Under the pieces are notes generated by a model. It was not told the DNA's origin. It saw nothing but the letters and a program-made list of their open reading frames with translations, and ran no database searches. From positions 91,512,001 to 91,576,000 of the forward strand of contig NC_079167.1 of NCBI RefSeq assembly GCF_947568905.1: a stretch of DNA of 64,000 nt, read 5' to 3'. Shown here piece by piece: positions 59,378 to 64,000 of the stretch (positions are counted from its first letter, which is position 1; the number at the start of each line of letters is the position of its first letter). Made by a program: the position numbers and the translations under genes. The stretch is from Ostrea edulis. Its lineage: Eukaryota.

Positions 59378-61543
59378 TCATTTTACTTTAATCTTTACGA
59401 AATGGGTTGTCGACGTTTCTAAAGTAGTAGGCGGTTTCCTGAATTTCCTGTGCTGATACCCGGACAATGTTCCTAAATCTACAGCTTTAACTATGCGATA
59501 CATTTCACTGGGATCCTCCTCATCTGAGCTTTCTTCCGAGTCACTATATTGATAATGGTTGAAATTAAGCTTAATTTTTGAGTTATCTGGGTAAAAAGAC
59601 GACGCACCGTAACTTTTCGGTACACTTGAACTCACACGATCGGCAGCATCTGTTTCCCGGTCATTCCAATCGAACGCGACTTCATCCAAATATGACGAGG
59701 CTCCTTCCGACACCATAGACCTGATGTCGGACATACGTGATGGCGGTCGAGGGGGAATGCTACTTTCTCTAGACGACATACCAGATATTCTGATATTGTC
59801 TAAGAGGTCGTATTTTGGTTTGTGGTCGGAATCAAACTGTTCAGGGATAATGCGCCTTTTAAGGCGGGATAACTCTCCAGATGACACAGCTTTCATAGAT
59901 GAGGATCCCGTTCTTGCATTATTAACCTGATTTATGGCCCTCTTTGTACGAGAAGAGTCCTGTCTCTCCTCACAAAGTGAATTCGTTGTACTTCTAATCT
60001 CACTATTAACGCTAGATTCCACAGGGGCAAAGGTCACTCGTTTTGTTGACTTTGGCTTCACTCCGATTTTTTGTGCAATGGGTTTCGTTTTTTCATATGG
60101 CACTTTTTCACTATTTTTCGACTTGAATTTTTTGCCTACTAAACCGTAGTTGGTTATATCGTAGGTTGTGGTTTGACTAGTATTGTCACTCCAATGACCG
60201 TTTCGTTGAGCTAATGTCCTGTGAAGTTCGTCGAAATGGTGGTCAAGATCGCGCAAGATATTCCGCTCTTGTGCTGAATTCATTTTCATGTAATCGGGCC
60301 GCGTTAAAGGTCTGTTTAGCAGGCGTTTTTCGCGAAGTTTAGAGGAACCAGGCGTGTTAGAATTTCGGGGATTGGGTATGGAGTGGCCTTCCAACGAGAT
60401 GACAACTCCTTCTGGTTTCGGAGGGTCTGTATGGGTTTCAAATTTTGAAATGGTTTCCTTGATAGCAGATGACATCTTTTCAACACGATGATATAACTTC
60501 TGCTCTTGCACCAAGTTCGATTCATTGTTGTCAGATTTCGTCTGCATGGTTTTGCCCGTGACCATGTTAGGAAGACAACCATATGCTGTTGCTGATGGTC
60601 GTTTGAATGGAGAAATAAGTTTAGCTTTATCCTTATCACTGCCATTCCCATTTTTTTCACTAACTTTCACTTCTTTCTTTTTCTTTACGGGGAAAAGTGA
60701 CGGCAGCGACCGCGCTCGATACAAGCTAGGGTCGTTTTCGGCATTGTCCGTTTGTTCTCCGTAGCTCTCAATATGAGAAATGGGCGGTGGTTTTAGTCGG
60801 TTTTGCACACATTCTGTCGCATCCATAATGTCCACTGCTTCACATTTAGAAATTACTGTTCCTGTTTTTGTGTCAATTTTCTTGTTCAGAGAAACAAACC
60901 GTCGCCTTGGACTCATGGAGCGTGCGTTTTTCACTTTCGATGGTTTCTCAATCCACGGTGGATTGGGTGGATTTGATTTAATGTCATCCTGTAGCGGTTG
61001 GATTGAGACTGAGAACTGAATACGTTCACTTTTCGGCCTGTCCGTCAATGCTTTCTCAGCATCTTCATCCACAGTCATACGGGTCCTTGTCAACGAAACG
61101 CACCGTTTTCTGTGTTCTATATCTTCCTGCACTTCGTCCTTCGAGTTTTTGTAAAATACGGGTTTCTTCGTTGACAACCTTTCTGGTGGTTGAAAGAAAA
61201 CCTGAGGTTTTGGAATGGATATTGAGCGGTCTTTGCTGAACATCAGATTTGATAGTAGCGTCATACCGCTGTCTGTGCTCCTCTGAGAATGTTCCAAAAG
61301 ATGAGAATTGGAAGATTCGTCGTCGCAGGAATCGTTAACAGCTGCAACGATGTTGATGAGAGCGGCATGGCGTATACTCTCCTTTACGTCTTTCATCTTC
61401 TGAACATCGCCAATGTCGTTGTTGTAATCATCACGGGAGGCATACCTTGAGTCCTGGTCGACCATGTACGCAATGTCATCTTTGACGTCCCCGAGAGGCC
61501 GCGTTCTGTTCGCCGCGTTCCTGATGTGTGACACCTCTGCCAT
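59378..61543 (-). CDS. Uncharacterised ~721-aa Ser/Lys/Asp-rich, probably disordered protein in a single long coding exon
   Basis: 2.2-kb non-repetitive open frame in AT-rich DNA. First ATG at 61543 (MAEVSH). An acceptor ttttgttacacatag at 61586-87 lies just upstream, so further 5' exons are likely. No domain recognised. Confidence 0.8.
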   Translation of the reverse strand: MAEVSHIRNAANRTRPLGDVKDDIAYMVDQDSRYASRDDYNNDIGDVQKMKDVKESIRHAALINIVAAVNDSCDDESSNSHLLEHSQRSTDSGMTLLSNLMFSKDRSISIPKPQVFFQPPERLSTKKPVFYKNSKDEVQEDIEHRKRCVSLTRTRMTVDEDAEKALTDRPKSERIQFSVSIQPLQDDIKSNPPNPPWIEKPSKVKNARSMSPRRRFVSLNKKIDTKTGTVISKCEAVDIMDATECVQNRLKPPPISHIESYGEQTDNAENDPSLYRARSLPSLFPVKKKKEVKVSEKNGNGSDKDKAKLISPFKRPSATAYGCLPNMVTGKTMQTKSDNNESNLVQEQKLYHRVEKMSSAIKETISKFETHTDPPKPEGVVISLEGHSIPNPRNSNTPGSSKLREKRLLNRPLTRPDYMKMNSAQERNILRDLDHHFDELHRTLAQRNGHWSDNTSQTTTYDITNYGLVGKKFKSKNSEKVPYEKTKPIAQKIGVKPKSTKRVTFAPVESSVNSEIRSTTNSLCEERQDSSRTKRAINQVNNARTGSSSMKAVSSGELSRLKRRIIPEQFDSDHKPKYDLLDNIRISGMSSRESSIPPRPPSRMSDIRSMVSEGASSYLDEVAFDWNDRETDAADRVSSSVPKSYGASSFYPDNSKIKLNFNHYQYSDSEESSDEEDPSEMYRIVKAVDLGTLSGYQHRKFRKPPTTLETSTTHFVKIKVK

Positions 61544-63238
61544 GACGAGAACACTTCGTCGTTGAACCACTAAGTTATTGCAGATCTATGTGTAACAAAA
61601 ATTAATAATATATACAGGTGACACAATCCGCCGTAGTTATTAGCAGGTTTGGGTATCAAAGATTTAATTCCTGTCACAAAATTCTGCTAACTTTGTTTGC
61701 TTTTCGTAATTAAAGATTTGTATTAAATCTGTTTTGTAACTCGTCTCGCGCGGTGGTGTTTTTTTTTTTTTCAACGAGGAATTTCTTTCGATTTTGAACG
61801 ACTTCTCCTTGGAGTACACAACAAATTGACGGTCGATAGATCGTTTTCCTCCGCACCGATGAAATATTGGAGAAAGTTATACAGAAGTTTAAAGCTGGCC
61901 AAATTTGTGTATTCTCCCCTCTTTATGTTCATAATGACTATGGACAGATTTCAAGTTCGAGATTTGATAAAATGACTCTTGCCAGCGAAATCATATCTTG
62001 ATTGAAAAATCGATCTCTTGTTTTCTAATACGATTCACGTACGGTGTTAACATAAATCTATCATAATTCCACAAAGAGCATTTAAAGATAAATCATCTTA
62101 TCTTTTAGCGGACATGGGGAACAATTTCCTTAAACCATAATTCAATATTTGACAACTTTGCTATTGTTGAGATACTGTCCAACACGGAGAAAGTTTACAT
62201 TGCTATAATAATAAATTTACAGAAAGAATGTTTGTAAAACAAAAAATTAGGTTAACCTGAAACACTGAAAAAATTCAAGTACTTTTGAGGCCCAAAAAGT
62301 CAATCAAAATTCTTATCACAACAGTTGTCGCGACTTTTAGGCTTCCATTGATTTAGAATTATCGATCAGTTGATATCAAAATTAGATTATCATCGCAATC
62401 TGTTAAGTGGTCAACGTTCCGATTGCATGGGTTTTCAATATTACGACCGTTAATGAATTACTTAATTACGGAAAACTTGACATGGATTATAAATCAGGGA
62501 TAGAAACGCCAATGGTTGTCATTTTGGGCAAGAGATAACAAAAATATGAAATGATTGGAGGACTTCAATAGAATAAATTTCTTAAAATCACAAGAACCGG
62601 TTAAAAAATAAATTTTTAAAAAAAAGAGCAAACCTGTGATTGATTTCATAATCTGCACATTCAGAGTAGTTCCATAAAAGAGCCTGTACCTTGCTTATAC
62701 AGGTCGAAAAATTTCTCAAACACAGTTCAAACAAAGTGGAGCTTTTGTGTGGACATGACGTTTTGTAAGAAAAAAAATTGTTTGTCTGGCTGTTTATATA
62801 TAAATCTGTCTTAAGTAACAGGGTATATTATGAGTGTCTTTGAATAACAACACAAAGGAAACATACCCCTAAGTATTGATACATCGATAGGCACTGTACA
62901 ATGCAGCGTATTAAATATCCCCAGGATACAAATCTACACGGGAGGACCAAGACTGGGTATACATTACAAAGCTTCGGTTCTACAAGACAAGAGCTTTGAT
63001 ACAACGCTTAGATATCGTTGTTCTTACACCTGATGTCGGAGGGGTTCGTTTTAAGAATTTGTTCTTATCGCGTTATTCCAAATACGTCTGATTATGTTTG
63101 TGTAATTAGAAGAAATGTATAAAGTGTACCAAATACACACACACATAATTTTAATGTGTGTGTGCTGGTGGTGGGTGCTCATTCATCCCACGATAGATTA
63201 ACACGATTTATTCTCTTCATTCCTTTGTAAATTACTTC

Positions 63239-63514
63239 GAGTCCCGTGGGGATCCGGGTTAGAATAGGTACTCATTACCCCTTGCTTGTCGTAAGAGTCG
63301 ACTAAATGGGACGGTCTTTCGGATGAGATCGCGGAGACTGAGACCCCGTGTCACAGCAGATGTGGCACGATAAAGATCCCTCTCTGCTCAACGGCCTTAA
63401 GCGCCGACCATTGGTCTAAATTTTGCAGTCCATCATCAGCAATGGTGACGTCTCCATATTCATGACTGGAGAATTCTCGAGAGGGACGTTAAACAATATA
63501 CAATCATTCAATCA
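63239..63514 (+). mobile_element. SINE-like interspersed repeat, copy 3 (most complete)
   Basis: ccccttgcttgtcgtaagag...cccgtgtcacagcagatgtggcacgataaagatccctc...gggacgttaaacaatatacaatcattcaatc tail. Confidence 0.78.
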
Positions 63515-63732
63515 GTCGAGTGTCCCACAGGGATGGAGGAAGGCAGTGTTTGAGGGGGGGGGGGGGGTCTCGTTTGTTGTTCCGTAGTTTATGCCGTTGG
63601 GCCCTTATTAAACCCACCACCTTTACTCTACTCCTTCTCCATCACTAGTTCATTCACAGTTAGGCTTAATTCATTCAGCTAACATTACAACAATATATTA
63701 TCGTTAATTATATAAACAACCAAATTACTTAC

Positions 63733-63960
63733 GCTTTTGCTTCGTAGATTTTAGGAGTCGATGACAAGGAGGGACATGGACTCCGCCGATAATAAAGATA
63801 TCGGACTCGGGTTCTTGTCGCTTTGCATTGTTTGCAAAACGCAGATCTCATTAAACTTTGCCTATTTACACAAGCAGATTTCTCGCCATACTTTTAATTG
63901 AAGTTCTGTCTTCCATGCGGATTTTTTATGTAATTTTGTGGTGTTCTTAAAACAAACAAG
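63733..63960 (-). other. Possible upstream (5' UTR or first) exon of the minus-strand orphan gene
   Basis: GTAAGT donor on the minus strand at 63732-63727; CpG-richer sequence; direct splicing to 61585 is not in frame with its short ORF. Confidence 0.3.
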
Positions 63961-64000
63961 TACCTGCTTGAATATGGAGCACCATATATACATGAACTCA

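Overview
AT-rich eukaryotic DNA, probably a bivalve and most likely an oyster (Crassostrea/Magallana); this is inferred from a 166-bp Cg170-like satellite carried in a Helentron-type element. About 1.2-49.2 kb is one + strand ABCA1-like full ABC transporter gene. I traced 47 coding exons by hand with consistent splice phases; the first coding exon(s) lie upstream of the window and one donor falls in an N-gap. Two introns use GC-AG boundaries. The striking feature is that about 15 exon/intron junctions have themselves been tandemly amplified: arrays of 2 to about 110 copies repeat the splice donor or acceptor, often with exon sequence, into the intron. The authentic site is always the exon-side terminal copy. 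Introns also hold Helentron-type non-autonomous elements, two PIF/Harbinger MITEs, a TTAA (Kolobok-like) MITE, SINE-like copies and ordinary minisatellites. Downstream are a FLYWCH zinc-finger ORF (52.9-53.3 kb) and a roughly 721-aa low-complexity orphan ORF on the minus strand (59.4-61.5 kb). The long repetitive ORFs in the supplied track are tandem-repeat artefacts.
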